Source: a virus
Lineage: Duplodnaviria; Caudoviricetes
DNA: 55,727 bases
Reading direction: 5' to 3' (one strand)
IMG/VR virus record: IMGVR_UViG_3300045999_001046
Span: 1-55,727 of that record
This document shows positions 19,042 through 28,731 of the stretch, one piece after another. The position numbers and the translations under genes were made by a program. The notes under the pieces were generated by a model that saw only the letters and a list, made by a program, of their open reading frames with translations, was not told where the DNA came from and made no database searches. Each line of letters begins with the position of its first letter. Position 1 is the stretch's first letter.

Positions 19042-20582
19042 GCAGGTAGATACTTCTCCGACCTTGTGTTCGCTGCAACTTTATTTTTACCTACCGTCTT
19101 ACGACGCGCCTTCTGCACTCGGTCCATCATGGCGTAGAGCTTACGCGCACCGGCTTCGGTTGACCCATTACCAAGCTCAGACACGATGCGGGCTGGCACT
19201 ACAAACTCACCATCAGCAAGACGAGCAGGTTGGCGGTTGCCAATAACAGCAGGGATAGAATCAGATACTCCATCACCGGGTCCTTTCAATAGACGACCGC
19301 CATCGGAATAACCACCAAGATCAGACAACCCACCACCAGCAAACTTCACTTCTCCAGTGTATGCCCCTACCGCTGGACCTTCGCCGGGGGAGATGACATT
19401 AACCGCTTCAGGTCTTTGCACCATTGGATTGCTGTATAGCGCGGTTTGTAGGTTGGCTTGTGGGTACATCATATTGCCGCCTACCGCATTCTCAGCAGCC
19501 ATTGTTTCTACTGGGCCACCAACAGCCATGCCCATCAAGCCACCTTCCGCAGCGTACTCAGGGCCGGGGGCCCTATAAGGAGTTAGTGCGGTGTACCGGT
19601 CATCAAAATAGTTTTTCTCCGCGCTTGACCCCGGCGCTGCCGAGTAGATAGGTGCGCCCATATCAAACACGCCCGGACGCACTTCACGACTAAATTCATA
19701 TGGGCGGATCATGGCAACTTGCTTTTTAGCGTCAATACCTTTTTGGTCGCCCATCAAACCCATCGCAGTGCTACCCAATGCAGCTACACCAGAGTACGGA
19801 GCCGCTGCTTCCGATGCTGCATACAAATCTTTAAGCCCCTGAACGCTGCCAGTAGCTTGCTTGAATCCTGCACCTAGCGTGCTAGATACTGATGGGGCCG
19901 GTGTTATCCCCTGCCCAATACTGCCAAGCGTACTAATAGGTGCCCCTGCACCAGCAGTCGGAGCGACATAGTTTGGATTAAACGCCAGAGCATTTGGATT
20001 TAACGGAACAGTCGGCACAGAAGTTTGTAGTGCTGCGGGGCCTAAGTCTGACGGGACAAAGCTTGGAAATTGCCCACTACCTTTTGCTATGTTGCCAAAC
20101 GTCGATGCTTGTGTACCCGCCGCATTTGCTCCTGATGGGAACAGCGTTGTACCAGTACCAGCAGTAGTTCCAGCAGTAGTTCCCGCCGCAGTCCCTGCTG
20201 TTTTCGCCGCTGCCGCCTGCCCCATACTAGATAGACCTGCGCCCAAACCAGCGCCGCCATAGGCACCAAGACCTGCCATCAAGCCCTTCTGCAAACTACC
20301 GGTTGCCAATGCAGTACCACCACCAACTAGACCAGCCGCCATTAGCGGAGTAAGTGCACCACCAGACAATACGGTCAACGCACCGCCAGCAAGCATCGGC
20401 AGTAGAGATGATAGGAATCCTGCTTCGGGTAGACCGGTTTGCGGGTTGATTGTCAGGCTTCCCCCGTGTGCCATTGCAAGGGCTTGCAGGCCACCAACTT
20501 CTTTCGGGGTCATGTGGACGAGTACGGAATCTTGGCCTCGACCAGCGGACTGTAAGTTCTGTGCTAGGGAATGAAGGCTCAT
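19038..20582 (-). CDS. internal virion protein
   Basis: GRGQDSVLVHM..INPQTGLPEA N-terminus; GPGDGVSDSIPA..LADGEFVVPA C-terminus; Gly/Ala-rich. Confidence 0.65.
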   Translation of the reverse strand: MSLHSLAQNLQSAGRGQDSVLVHMTPKEVGGLQALAMAHGGSLTINPQTGLPEAGFLSSLLPMLAGGALTVLSGGALTPLMAAGLVGGGTALATGSLQKGLMAGLGAYGGAGLGAGLSSMGQAAAAKTAGTAAGTTAGTTAGTGTTLFPSGANAAGTQASTFGNIAKGSGQFPSFVPSDLGPAALQTSVPTVPLNPNALAFNPNYVAPTAGAGAPISTLGSIGQGITPAPSVSSTLGAGFKQATGSVQGLKDLYAASEAAAPYSGVAALGSTAMGLMGDQKGIDAKKQVAMIRPYEFSREVRPGVFDMGAPIYSAAPGSSAEKNYFDDRYTALTPYRAPGPEYAAEGGLMGMAVGGPVETMAAENAVGGNMMYPQANLQTALYSNPMVQRPEAVNVISPGEGPAVGAYTGEVKFAGGGLSDLGGYSDGGRLLKGPGDGVSDSIPAVIGNRQPARLADGEFVVPARIVSELGNGSTEAGARKLYAMMDRVQKARRKTVGKNKVAANTRSEKYLPA

Positions 20583-20587
20583 GTGTA

Positions 20588-21016
20588 TTACTCCAAGTAT
20601 TCCGCTGCGGCCCGCAAAATTGTTGGGCTATCTTTAAACAAACCAATACCAAAATTACAAGAGGCGCACAATAATCCGCGTACCGCGTTTAGCCCTTGCG
20701 CATGGTTATGGTCAATGTACAACCGTTTGCCATTCTCATCATAATGAGGTGCCCCACAAATTGCACAAGCGTATCCTTGTTTTTCTAACAACTTTGTATA
20801 TTCTTGTACGGTTAACCCATAACGAGACACAACCCGTTTTGCATTTCTATTACGTCGGTATTCTGCATCTGTACCATGGTATCGTTTTTGGTACCAACGA
20901 CGGCTTGCTTCTTTTTCTTTAGCAGCAAATTCAGGGTCAGTTGCCCGACGAACTTTGGCGCGTTCTGTTCGACGTTTAGCATTAGCCTTACGTTTTTCGG
21001 GATCCTTATAAGGCAT
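20588..21016 (-). CDS. endonuclease VII-like HNH homing endonuclease
   Basis: RYGLT..QGYACAICG..IDHNH..VRGLLCASCNFGIG; AT-richer than flanks. Confidence 0.88.
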   Translation of the reverse strand: MPYKDPEKRKANAKRRTERAKVRRATDPEFAAKEKEASRRWYQKRYHGTDAEYRRNRNAKRVVSRYGLTVQEYTKLLEKQGYACAICGAPHYDENGKRLYIDHNHAQGLNAVRGLLCASCNFGIGLFKDSPTILRAAAEYLE

Positions 21017-21067
21017 CGCTACCTCATCCGTAAAAATTTGTCAAAGTTTAACACTTCAATACGCTAA

Positions 21068-21388
21068 TTACCCAACTTTCCAGTTGGTTCCGTCTGAATA
21101 AACTGGCACTTTCGTGCTGCCGCCGCCTGCTACTGTGGTTCCAAATGTTGATACCGACGAGTCGATGACAAACGCCCTTGCACCTACCCCTAGAGTGGCT
21201 GCGCCGGGCAGCTTGGCTACTTCGTACACCCCGCTTAAAGCAAAGTTTGATGCAAAACTATTAACTGTAGTGAAGTACTGGCGCAAAATATTATTAAGCG
21301 TGTCCTGATACGCCCGGTCATACTGCACAGGGGCGTAAGGCAGTAAGGGGACTGCCGGGGGGTTTAGGATTTTAAGTTCAGATGTCAT
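21068..21388 (-). CDS. small tail-associated protein
   Basis: Coupled to upstream gene; C-terminal PVYSDGTNWKV typical of fibre-like proteins. Confidence 0.6.
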   Translation of the reverse strand: MTSELKILNPPAVPLLPYAPVQYDRAYQDTLNNILRQYFTTVNSFASNFALSGVYEVAKLPGAATLGVGARAFVIDSSVSTFGTTVAGGGSTKVPVYSDGTNWKVG

Positions 21389-23562
21389 TACTGTCGCCCA
21401 TCGGGCCTAACGTCGATACGTGGCGTACCTAACTGCCACTGCGTACCAATAGTGTCTGAACTCACCTTAAACGCCATCTGTCGCCCACGGATGCGGCTGT
21501 ACACAATCTCGGTAAACTCCTGCACAGTGTAAGTTGTCTGTCCAGCGTAGCTTTGTGTTGAGCTAACTGTCGGAGATGCGGATACACCGTAGCCTGATCC
21601 GGGGTTTTGTCGAGGGCGAACTGTAAATTGCACCGCTGGGTTTACTGTCGTCGTACCGGTAGTGTTAGACCCGTCAAAGGTAATATCAGGAATTATCCGC
21701 CACACAAACCCATAGTTATGTCCGTCCCCAATGTCAAAGTCGGATGACTGCACATATGCGTTAATTGGGCTTGGTGGGTTAGTTGAACCATCATCAATCG
21801 CCGCCTCGTGGTAGACCAGCAGATTTTTACCTGTTGTTGCAACCGGAAACTGACGTAATGGCGAATCCAACCAAGCTGTTCTATCCATCGAACCGTAGTA
21901 CCACACACGGTCAAGATAGTTAAAGATGACGTAACGGTCTATCTCGTTAGAGTTAGCAGAGCAATAGAACCACCAAACTTCTGAGTACCCTTCGTTAGTG
22001 CCCGCCTGCACCTGCGAAAACTGATCTCGGTTAATGTCGTTGTAGATATACGTACGCACCGAGCATGGAAGCGTCTCAACGCGACCAGAATAAATGTAGA
22101 ACTTGTCCACACCCATCCAGTACACCACACCAGACGCGGTTGCCATAGCATTTGGCGAAGCGATAGAGATGTTATCCGCAAGTAGCGTAAACCCGTAGAC
22201 TAGCGGTGGGCCGAGATACTGCATGGAGTAGATAGCTGCATCCGTCCAGACGTTAATCTCCTGACGGGTTTGTAACACCCCCACAATTTCTGAACCGTGA
22301 GATAGGCGATAGTCACCCGCTTGGTTGGTAGGTTGCGGTTCCCAAACGGTGTAACTCTCTTGCGTTGTCCAGCGAATCTGCATCGGGTCAAGCCCAGTAG
22401 TAGCATACGTGCCGCTTGGGTCGTTACAACCAAACGCAATCACAATCCGCGAGGAATCCGACACCATAATCTCATTGACGAGTGATGGTGTGTAGGTGCC
22501 TGATACAACAGCACCGCGAGTGCCGTAAGTAGGAACTGCACCTGATCCGGGGTCCCACGAATAAATAGCACCGCCACGTGGGTTGAACAGCAAAATTTCA
22601 CCGAAGTTAGATTGGCTCCACAGACGCAACTGCAAACCGAAGCCTGTAGTAGTACCAGACCCCCAAGTAGAGCGCGACCAAGGACCTGCACCCCAGCCAG
22701 TGCCTATGGTGTATAGGGGGTATCCAGTATTAATCTGATACGCCGCATCCGTTGCTGATCCTCCAGTACCTGAATCCGATGCGTTTGATTCAACGGTGAA
22801 GTAAAGTGCCTGAAGGCCAATACCTTCGCTAGTTAACGTAATAGGTGTACCGCCGTTGGTAAGTGCTAATTGGCAGATATTGCCCGTGACGTTTACTAAA
22901 TAGTATGTTGTTGTGTAGTTCAAGCCACCCGGCGCACCCGCACCGATGACTAAAATAACCGTATTACCATTTGCCATCGTGGTGCCAACTGGCAGCGAAA
23001 TGTACGACGTTGTAGTGTTTACAGCAAAGTTAACGCCGTTAACTGAAGTACCGGCAGCGCGGGCAGCGATAGTGTAGGACGTGCCAGAAACGACAGTTTG
23101 AATCTGATACTCTTGGTTAAGGATAGTGTCCGTTATGTTCCCACCAAGACTTACCGCGTTTGAAAACGTGACAAAATCACCTACCTGCAAACTAGATGCA
23201 CTGCCATCAGTAACCGTAATGAAAGCAGAAAAAGGCGCAGATGTATCTGCGGCAAACGTCGTTGTGTTTAGGTTAGTCGCACGGAGAGGCGTGATGTCAT
23301 AGTAAATACCACCGGACTCAAGATAGAACTTGAGGTTGGTGCCAACCCCCATAATATTAAAATTTTTGAGTGTGACCCAATTCCATAACGAACGGCAGAT
23401 GCCAAGAAACGTACTATAAGTTTCAACCGCCCAACCACCTATCTTCTCAGGGTAGCCAGAGCGAAAGCGTATCTTGTCGCAGTCATACCAACCACCCTCG
23501 TTGGCAAGCGTAGTGCCTTCGCGGTTTACACCGGGGCGGAACTGAAGTTTCTGTAGTGGCAT
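21388..23562 (-). CDS. tail nozzle/stabilisation protein (P22 gp10/T7 gp12-like)
   Basis: 724 aa, beta-rich with Trp; position before ejection genes. Confidence 0.6.
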   Translation of the reverse strand: MPLQKLQFRPGVNREGTTLANEGGWYDCDKIRFRSGYPEKIGGWAVETYSTFLGICRSLWNWVTLKNFNIMGVGTNLKFYLESGGIYYDITPLRATNLNTTTFAADTSAPFSAFITVTDGSASSLQVGDFVTFSNAVSLGGNITDTILNQEYQIQTVVSGTSYTIAARAAGTSVNGVNFAVNTTTSYISLPVGTTMANGNTVILVIGAGAPGGLNYTTTYYLVNVTGNICQLALTNGGTPITLTSEGIGLQALYFTVESNASDSGTGGSATDAAYQINTGYPLYTIGTGWGAGPWSRSTWGSGTTTGFGLQLRLWSQSNFGEILLFNPRGGAIYSWDPGSGAVPTYGTRGAVVSGTYTPSLVNEIMVSDSSRIVIAFGCNDPSGTYATTGLDPMQIRWTTQESYTVWEPQPTNQAGDYRLSHGSEIVGVLQTRQEINVWTDAAIYSMQYLGPPLVYGFTLLADNISIASPNAMATASGVVYWMGVDKFYIYSGRVETLPCSVRTYIYNDINRDQFSQVQAGTNEGYSEVWWFYCSANSNEIDRYVIFNYLDRVWYYGSMDRTAWLDSPLRQFPVATTGKNLLVYHEAAIDDGSTNPPSPINAYVQSSDFDIGDGHNYGFVWRIIPDITFDGSNTTGTTTVNPAVQFTVRPRQNPGSGYGVSASPTVSSTQSYAGQTTYTVQEFTEIVYSRIRGRQMAFKVSSDTIGTQWQLGTPRIDVRPDGRQ

Positions 23563-23571
23563 TTTTGCCCC

Positions 23572-24594
23572 TTACAGTTTCATGATGTATGCCAGCGCGT
23601 AGTACGGCGGCAAGTTAGCGTTAGTGGCGGATGATCCTTCTGTACTGATAGATGTAGAAGCAGTAATGTTTGCAAAACCAACACCCGTAGTAGCCCCTGT
23701 CTGAATCCCTACACGACTAGCAACACCAGAGCCACCCGGAACTGCGGTTGAAGTATAACTATGTGAGTGGCCTGAATCAGTTGCGGTAGTAGTAGCTGTG
23801 TGCGTATGGCTAACGAGCGTAGCATTAGCACTACCACCTGTTGCGCCTACCGCGTATGTACTTCCTGCGCCAACTACAAACCGATCCCGCAGATCAGGCG
23901 TACCGCTTGAGCCATTACACAGCACCCAGCCCGATGGTATGGACGCAATCGACCCTGACCACATCATGATCATGCCGGTAACGAACGCATTACCCCATAC
24001 AGGCGCAGTACCTGCACCTTGAGAGACTACAACCTGACCTGCTGTACCGGGCGAACCACCAAGAACAAGCGCGTTTTGAAGCGTAGTTGTGCCCCCAACG
24101 GCTGTATTACCTGTCAACGTCGATGTGCCTGTCACCGTCAGTGCACCACCTACACCAAACGCACCTACTACATGGTCAAGCTGTTCTACGACGTTTGTAC
24201 CGTCGGCACGTAAAAGGACTGATTTACCTGCTGGGATTGTGACGCCGGTACCGGCTGCGGTTGTGTTGTTAATAACTGTGGAACAGTAAATAGTAGCGGC
24301 GTACGCTGAGGCGTTCTTAATAACGTACAGCTTGGTTACCGGAGGCACATAGACATTGAACGCCGCTGTAGTTGTCGTAGTAAGACTAACCGCCGCGCAT
24401 CGCGCCTGATCCGCCGAACCGTTTGATGCAGTTAATGCTTGGTTGGCTGAAGTGATGGATACCGAAGCAAGCCCAGAAATAGCATCTTCAATCAACGTGC
24501 CAAGATTAGTATTAGTCGTTGCCCCCCAAAGACCGGATTGCTCTCCGTTGGCAATGAGTTCGATCCGTAGATCGGTTGAGTATGTACTTGGCAT
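23572..24594 (-). CDS. tail fibre protein with tail-collar domain
   Basis: GMIMMWSG..IPSGWVLCNG..TPDLRDRFVVGAG; ends NLPPYYALAYIMK. Confidence 0.85.
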   Translation of the reverse strand: MPSTYSTDLRIELIANGEQSGLWGATTNTNLGTLIEDAISGLASVSITSANQALTASNGSADQARCAAVSLTTTTTAAFNVYVPPVTKLYVIKNASAYAATIYCSTVINNTTAAGTGVTIPAGKSVLLRADGTNVVEQLDHVVGAFGVGGALTVTGTSTLTGNTAVGGTTTLQNALVLGGSPGTAGQVVVSQGAGTAPVWGNAFVTGMIMMWSGSIASIPSGWVLCNGSSGTPDLRDRFVVGAGSTYAVGATGGSANATLVSHTHTATTTATDSGHSHSYTSTAVPGGSGVASRVGIQTGATTGVGFANITASTSISTEGSSATNANLPPYYALAYIMKL

Positions 24595-24596
24595 CG

Positions 24597-24857
24597 CTAT
24601 TCCTTACTTTTGCCTGACGGCGTTGTATTGTTTAAGGCAGGTTTTAAGCTCTGATTGGAGTTCTGCTGCGAGGGCAGATTCCCCTGCAAAAGCTTCTGCG
24701 TGTTCCCTATAAAGTCGTGCTCCAGTACACCATCCCGAGGCATCGGTAAGTCCGGCAGTACTGGACACGGCACCATCTTGGGCGGGGCGCTCCGGCCTGT
24801 CGCGCAAGCTGTTAGTAAGAGCGGTAGCGCGAGCATTAATATTCCTGATCTCAGCAT
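24597..24857 (-). CDS. rz1: outer-membrane spanin lipoprotein (Rz1-like)
   Basis: Alternative frame within rz; MLRSGILMLALPLLLTA-C lipobox; Pro-rich mature part. Confidence 0.8.
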   Translation of the reverse strand: MLRSGILMLALPLLLTACATGRSAPPKMVPCPVLPDLPMPRDGVLEHDFIGNTQKLLQGNLPSQQNSNQSLKPALNNTTPSGKSKE

Positions 24858-25086
24858 CTTTTTCCCTTCGCAGCTTGTCCGCCGCTGCCTGCATCTCTTG
24901 CTCACGCTGTCGCGCTTCTTCCTGCCCTTTGGCGTAGGCGGCATACTGCTCGGCCTTCTCCTTATCCCACGCCTGCTGTACCTCGGCTCTACCCGCAGAA
25001 TTGCCTTTATAATACCCGCCCCCAGCCGCACCGGCAATTGCCAGTACGAGCGTCAACAGCACCCACGGGTTGAAGAACGCAGTCAC
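24604..25086 (-). CDS. rz: inner-membrane spanin (Rz-like)
   Basis: GTG start overlapping upstream stop; N-terminal TM helix then coiled coil; overlapping lipoprotein gene. Confidence 0.8.
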   Translation of the reverse strand: MTAFFNPWVLLTLVLAIAGAAGGGYYKGNSAGRAEVQQAWDKEKAEQYAAYAKGQEEARQREQEMQAAADKLRREKDAEIRNINARATALTNSLRDRPERPAQDGAVSSTAGLTDASGWCTGARLYREHAEAFAGESALAAELQSELKTCLKQYNAVRQK

Positions 25087-25268
25087 TTTGGCGGTACCTT
25101 CGTGCCGTCTAACTTCTTGTGAATCTTGACCTCTTTGCAGACCTGCACTTCCTTGCCCTTGTTGTCCTTCTGCTTGTTGCAGACCTTCTTGGTCTCGGCG
25201 GCGTGGATGTGGAACGCCAAGATTAAACTTGCAATAACGGTAACAGCCATACGAGCGTAGATCAGCAT
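25083..25268 (-). CDS. small secreted protein of the lysis module
   Basis: Signal peptide (IHA-AE), two Cys, Lys-rich; overlapping start/stop junctions. Confidence 0.65.
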   Translation of the reverse strand: MLIYARMAVTVIASLILAFHIHAAETKKVCNKQKDNKGKEVQVCKEVKIHKKLDGTKVPPK

Positions 25269-25744
25269 TATGAAATCTCCGGGTGAGGTGGTTGTACGGG
25301 GGCTGCTCTGCCGCCAAAGCCTGTAGCTACAGCAGGCGAACTAATAGGGTCAATGGTTGGCTCCATGCGTACAGGTGCATGGGTTGGTGCAGGTGCCTTG
25401 GGGGCGGGTGGTGTGGGCGGAGTCGGCTTATCGTCACGCTCTTCCTTGGTAGACAGACCCGGTGGTACAAACTGCTGGAGTGCATCTTTGCCTTTAACCG
25501 CCAATAATGTTGCTAGACTGCCAAGTATATATTTTGACATGTCTGACAAAATTAGAAAGAACTGTTTGTCTGCCGGGGCCATGCCCGTCATTGGCTGCGT
25601 TACAAAAACGACGCTATAAAGCGAAATGCCCACCATCATCACGACTGTGAAGCAAAAGGTGACGGCGATGCAAAACTTAATTACCGCATCGTGTTGTTCC
25701 TGATTGAGTGCAAGGAACTGACTGATCAGTTTTAGGGGGTTCAT
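25268..25744 (-). CDS. holin-like two-TM membrane protein with Pro-rich tail
   Basis: Two hydrophobic helices; between endolysin and spanins. Confidence 0.55.
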   Translation of the reverse strand: MNPLKLISQFLALNQEQHDAVIKFCIAVTFCFTVVMMVGISLYSVVFVTQPMTGMAPADKQFFLILSDMSKYILGSLATLLAVKGKDALQQFVPPGLSTKEERDDKPTPPTPPAPKAPAPTHAPVRMEPTIDPISSPAVATGFGGRAAPVQPPHPEIS

Positions 25745-25928
25745 ACGGTTCTACCTTTGCATCTTCTGGTTTAACAAGCTGGTCAGGGCAAGTGCCAGTC
25801 GAACTACAGTGTGGTCTCTTACACTCTTTCTTTTCCCAGTTCTGTGGGTCTTGGCATGGATACCTGAACCGGTCACACCCACTAAGCCAAACGAGTATCA
25901 GAGCCAAACATATTAAGCGCCATCTCAT
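25677..25928 (-). CDS. small Cys-rich lipoprotein
   Basis: SD GGGAG; MRWRLICLALILVWLSG-C lipobox; four further Cys (plus one near the C-terminus). Confidence 0.7.
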   Translation of the reverse strand: MRWRLICLALILVWLSGCDRFRYPCQDPQNWEKKECKRPHCSSTGTCPDQLVKPEDAKVEPYEPPKTDQSVPCTQSGTTRCGN

Positions 25929-26535
25929 AGTGATGCTCCCTATCTTCCAATCCAATATAGCCGCCGTTGATCCGTTTGGTCAGTTGCTTGATGTCCCCGA
26001 TGTCAGCCAAGGGATTTAACTTATTCGTCTCCCAGAACCAACAAGCCGACTGCGCTGCCCCCTCGAAGGTCTCCAAATATTCCGACGCTTGCTCAGGGGT
26101 CAGGTTCAACGACGCACCAAACCAAAAATAGTTGTCCTTGCCGGTCAACTGCAAAATTCCTCGACCACGGAACGCGAACCCCTCGGCACTGGCTTCGTCG
26201 CCATTACCCATCCGGTTGGCGTACACACGGCTGGCAATCTTCTTCGGGTTGCGCTCGTACTGCTTGGCAAGCTCAAGAGTGGGGAAGTACTTCGGGAAGA
26301 CGCGCATGAGTCCTGACGCTGAGTAGTTCAGGTTCTCGGTGACAAACACGAAGCCGCCCGACTCATGACCGCACTGCGCTAGAAATGCCGCTACGCGCTT
26401 CGGGGTGTTGATCTGGTATTCGTCGAGGAGAGACTTGCCGCCTAGCTCGGTCTGCGGGCTAAAGAGCGTGTCGTACCATTGCTGCGCGTACTTGGTGTGC
26501 GGGGCAAACTTCTTGAACTGTGCCAACGTAATCAT
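25882..26535 (-). CDS. endolysin, glycoside hydrolase family 19
   Basis: FLAQCGHESGGF..ENLNY, RGRGILQLTGKDNY, TKRINGGYIGLEDR. Confidence 0.93.
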   Translation of the reverse strand: MITLAQFKKFAPHTKYAQQWYDTLFSPQTELGGKSLLDEYQINTPKRVAAFLAQCGHESGGFVFVTENLNYSASGLMRVFPKYFPTLELAKQYERNPKKIASRVYANRMGNGDEASAEGFAFRGRGILQLTGKDNYFWFGASLNLTPEQASEYLETFEGAAQSACWFWETNKLNPLADIGDIKQLTKRINGGYIGLEDREHHYEMALNMFGSDTRLA

Positions 26536-26837
26536 CTGTCGTACATCCTCTCAATCAGTATTTCCTTGCGCAGTTCTCGCATCTTTCTAACCTCATGCAC
26601 CGCCGCTTGGGTCGCGTTGTACATGTCGTAGTACATAAATGCCAACACCGGCATAATGACGAAGAACATCAGCAGTACCGCTAGTACCACCACAATCAAA
26701 GACCAAGGGACATTCTCGTCGTCACGCTTCTGTTTGTCAGCCACATTAGTCCCACCGCCCACGCCACTACGAAAACGACTGCTGAAATCCACATTGCCTT
26801 GGCCCGCAGTTCCGCTCTTGCTTTTCTTCGTCGCCAT
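26532..26837 (-). CDS. single-TM membrane protein (lysis module)
   Basis: Long hydrophobic helix; ATGA coupling to endolysin; start uncertain. Confidence 0.6.
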   Translation of the reverse strand: MATKKSKSGTAGQGNVDFSSRFRSGVGGGTNVADKQKRDDENVPWSLIVVVLAVLLMFFVIMPVLAFMYYDMYNATQAAVHEVRKMRELRKEILIERMYDR

Positions 26838-27382
26838 GCTGCTATCTGCGCCAGTCTCAGTTCCTCAGCATTTGCCGCCTCCTGCTCGGCAACGATCCGC
26901 TGCCACATCTCTTCAAACTTGCTCCACAGGGCACCCAACTCCGGCGGCGCTTTGTACACCATCGTCTCGCGTATTTCAGTCAGCATCGCGTCCAGTCGGG
27001 TGGTAATCAAGATGCGCTTCAACGCCCGTCTGCCGATACTCTCTTCGCCCTTGTAGACCTGCTTCGCCTCCAACTGCTCCTTCAAGAACAACTTGCTGAT
27101 GGCGTCATAGCTATCCATCAACGCGCCCAACTGCTCGCCAATATCCGTGAACACATCGTTCGGGTCGGCCTTGGCTATCTCCTGCACCCGCTGCACTTCC
27201 GCGTGATACTGCTGCTTCTGCGCCGGTGTCGGGTCTACTATCTTGTTGTACTGTTCTTTTAAGTCCTTCAGTACGTCGCTAACATCACCCGCTGCGCCTT
27301 TGATGTCTTTGTAAAGCTTGCAGCCAGCCTTGACCGCAGCAACAGCAGCATTAGCAGCAGCGAGTAGGGTTAGTGGGTCAAT
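26696..27382 (-). CDS. coiled-coil membrane protein with probable ATT start codon
   Basis: Frame open 62 codons upstream of the listed GTG, to ATT-GAC-CCA (xDPLTLLAAAN); SD GGAGG 6 nt upstream; C-terminal TM helix. Confidence 0.7.
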   Translation of the reverse strand: MDPLTLLAAANAAVAAVKAGCKLYKDIKGAAGDVSDVLKDLKEQYNKIVDPTPAQKQQYHAEVQRVQEIAKADPNDVFTDIGEQLGALMDSYDAISKLFLKEQLEAKQVYKGEESIGRRALKRILITTRLDAMLTEIRETMVYKAPPELGALWSKFEEMWQRIVAEQEAANAEELRLAQIAAWRRRKARAELRAKAMWISAVVFVVAWAVGLMWLTNRSVTTRMSLGL

Positions 27383-27536
27383 TTACTGCCTCCGGCGGGT
27401 TTGCTGGCACTTGCGCCTCGGCTTGCTCTTTAATCTTCACCACCAAAGGCCATGCCCCTGAACTTGTGGGGAGTTGTCCCAGCGTCTGCAATATCCCATT
27501 CACTTCTTCTACGCTGAGCTTTAATGTGATCTCCAT
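27378..27536 (-). CDS. 52-aa protein (MEITLKLSVEEVNGILQTLGQLP...), not in the ORF track
   Basis: SD GGAGG; TAATG overlap with upstream gene; fills gap. Confidence 0.75.
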   Translation of the reverse strand: MEITLKLSVEEVNGILQTLGQLPTSSGAWPLVVKIKEQAEAQVPANPPEAVN

Positions 27537-27790
27537 TACTTTGCCTCCAATGCGGCTTGTTGCTGTGCTTGATATGCCGCGATTACTTCAGGAGTCCAAG
27601 CCGTATTGCAAATAGCAGCTACATTAGCTGGCTGACCCTCAAGGTCTTGTCCCGGTGTCAGGCTTGAACGGTGATAGGTCTGCGTCAGCACCTTACCGTC
27701 CTCGATAATTCTCGTGGCTTCACGGTACAGCACGATGCCGTTTTCGGTTACGGTGATTTGGTCAATGACTACTTCTTTTGTGATTGCCAT
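27536..27790 (-). CDS. tail fibre assembly/chaperone-like protein, copy 2
   Basis: Near-identical paralogue of 30064-30315; follows a fibre gene. Confidence 0.65.
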   Translation of the reverse strand: MAITKEVVIDQITVTENGIVLYREATRIIEDGKVLTQTYHRSSLTPGQDLEGQPANVAAICNTAWTPEVIAAYQAQQQAALEAK

Positions 27791-27801
27791 GATTAGTTCC
27801 T

Positions 27802-28731
27802 TTAAGCTGCGATATATGTCGCGTTAAACCAAAATGCTCCTGCTGAGGCAAAATCTCCATTGGTCATGCCTGCATCAGCACCAGTAGCAATCGTGTACTT
27901 ATTCATATCAATTGCAGCGTTTACAGCATTTAGGTTTGGAGAAACAATATTCCCCGCTCCGGGAGCTATACCACCGCTTTGCACATAGACAAATGAAGTA
28001 GCGTACGCTTGCAATCCTGTTGTTGCAGGATTAAACGGTAAATTAGCGAGTGCAGCAGCCCCTGTACTTGAACCTTTATTTGTCACAGCCACATATACAA
28101 CTATCGTGACCACATTTCCTACTTTTGTGTAACGACCACTGAATGTACCTGTCATTCCTACGCTTGCACCGCCAAAACGTAGTTGCGGAGTCCAAGTGCC
28201 TTCCTCATAGTCATCCAGCGTGTTTGCGTCTGATGATGCGGATTGCGTAGCAGGGAAAGCGATACCAGTGCCTGTAGCTGATGTGTTGCCGCCAGAGAGA
28301 CATAGGACTGGTGCGCTTGCGTTGAATCTGGCGCGTTCAGTGTTGTTCGTAGAGAAAAGAATGCTACCCGCCGAGGCAGTTCCAATCTGAAGATTTCTCG
28401 AACCTTCTGACCAGAGAGTCGTGGCAGTAGATGTAGCGAACAAATAAGCAGCATTTGTACCGCCATACGCTAATCCAATTAACGAATCAGTAGAGCCATT
28501 AACCTGCAATACAACTCGACCGGCATTAGTGTATCCCGGCGAACTTGTCCCTATTCCCACGTTCTGACTACTTGTTACCCGCAGTGCCTCTGTACCATTC
28601 GTACCGATAGCCACCGTATCCGCAGCAGGGAAGAACACACCCGTATTGGCATCCGTACCCTCGTAAGATGGATTCGATGCGGTTCCGTCTACTCCGCTAA
28701 TCCCGTTAGTCCCTGAGATGACAATAGGCAT
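27802..28731 (-). CDS. tail fibre/receptor-binding protein
   Basis: Gly/Thr/Ser-rich; ANTLDDYEEGTW hinge, GRYTKVGNVV head. Confidence 0.75.
   Translation of the reverse strand: MPIVISGTNGISGVDGTASNPSYEGTDANTGVFFPAADTVAIGTNGTEALRVTSSQNVGIGTSSPGYTNAGRVVLQVNGSTDSLIGLAYGGTNAAYLFATSTATTLWSEGSRNLQIGTASAGSILFSTNNTERARFNASAPVLCLSGGNTSATGTGIAFPATQSASSDANTLDDYEEGTWTPQLRFGGASVGMTGTFSGRYTKVGNVVTIVVYVAVTNKGSSTGAAALANLPFNPATTGLQAYATSFVYVQSGGIAPGAGNIVSPNLNAVNAAIDMNKYTIATGADAGMTNGDFASAGAFWFNATYIAA

Noticed and set aside
25087-25317. Long N-terminal extensions of Rz and Rz1 in the ORF track
   Set aside because: They overlap other genes and precede the TM/signal sequences; the true starts are 25086 and 24857.
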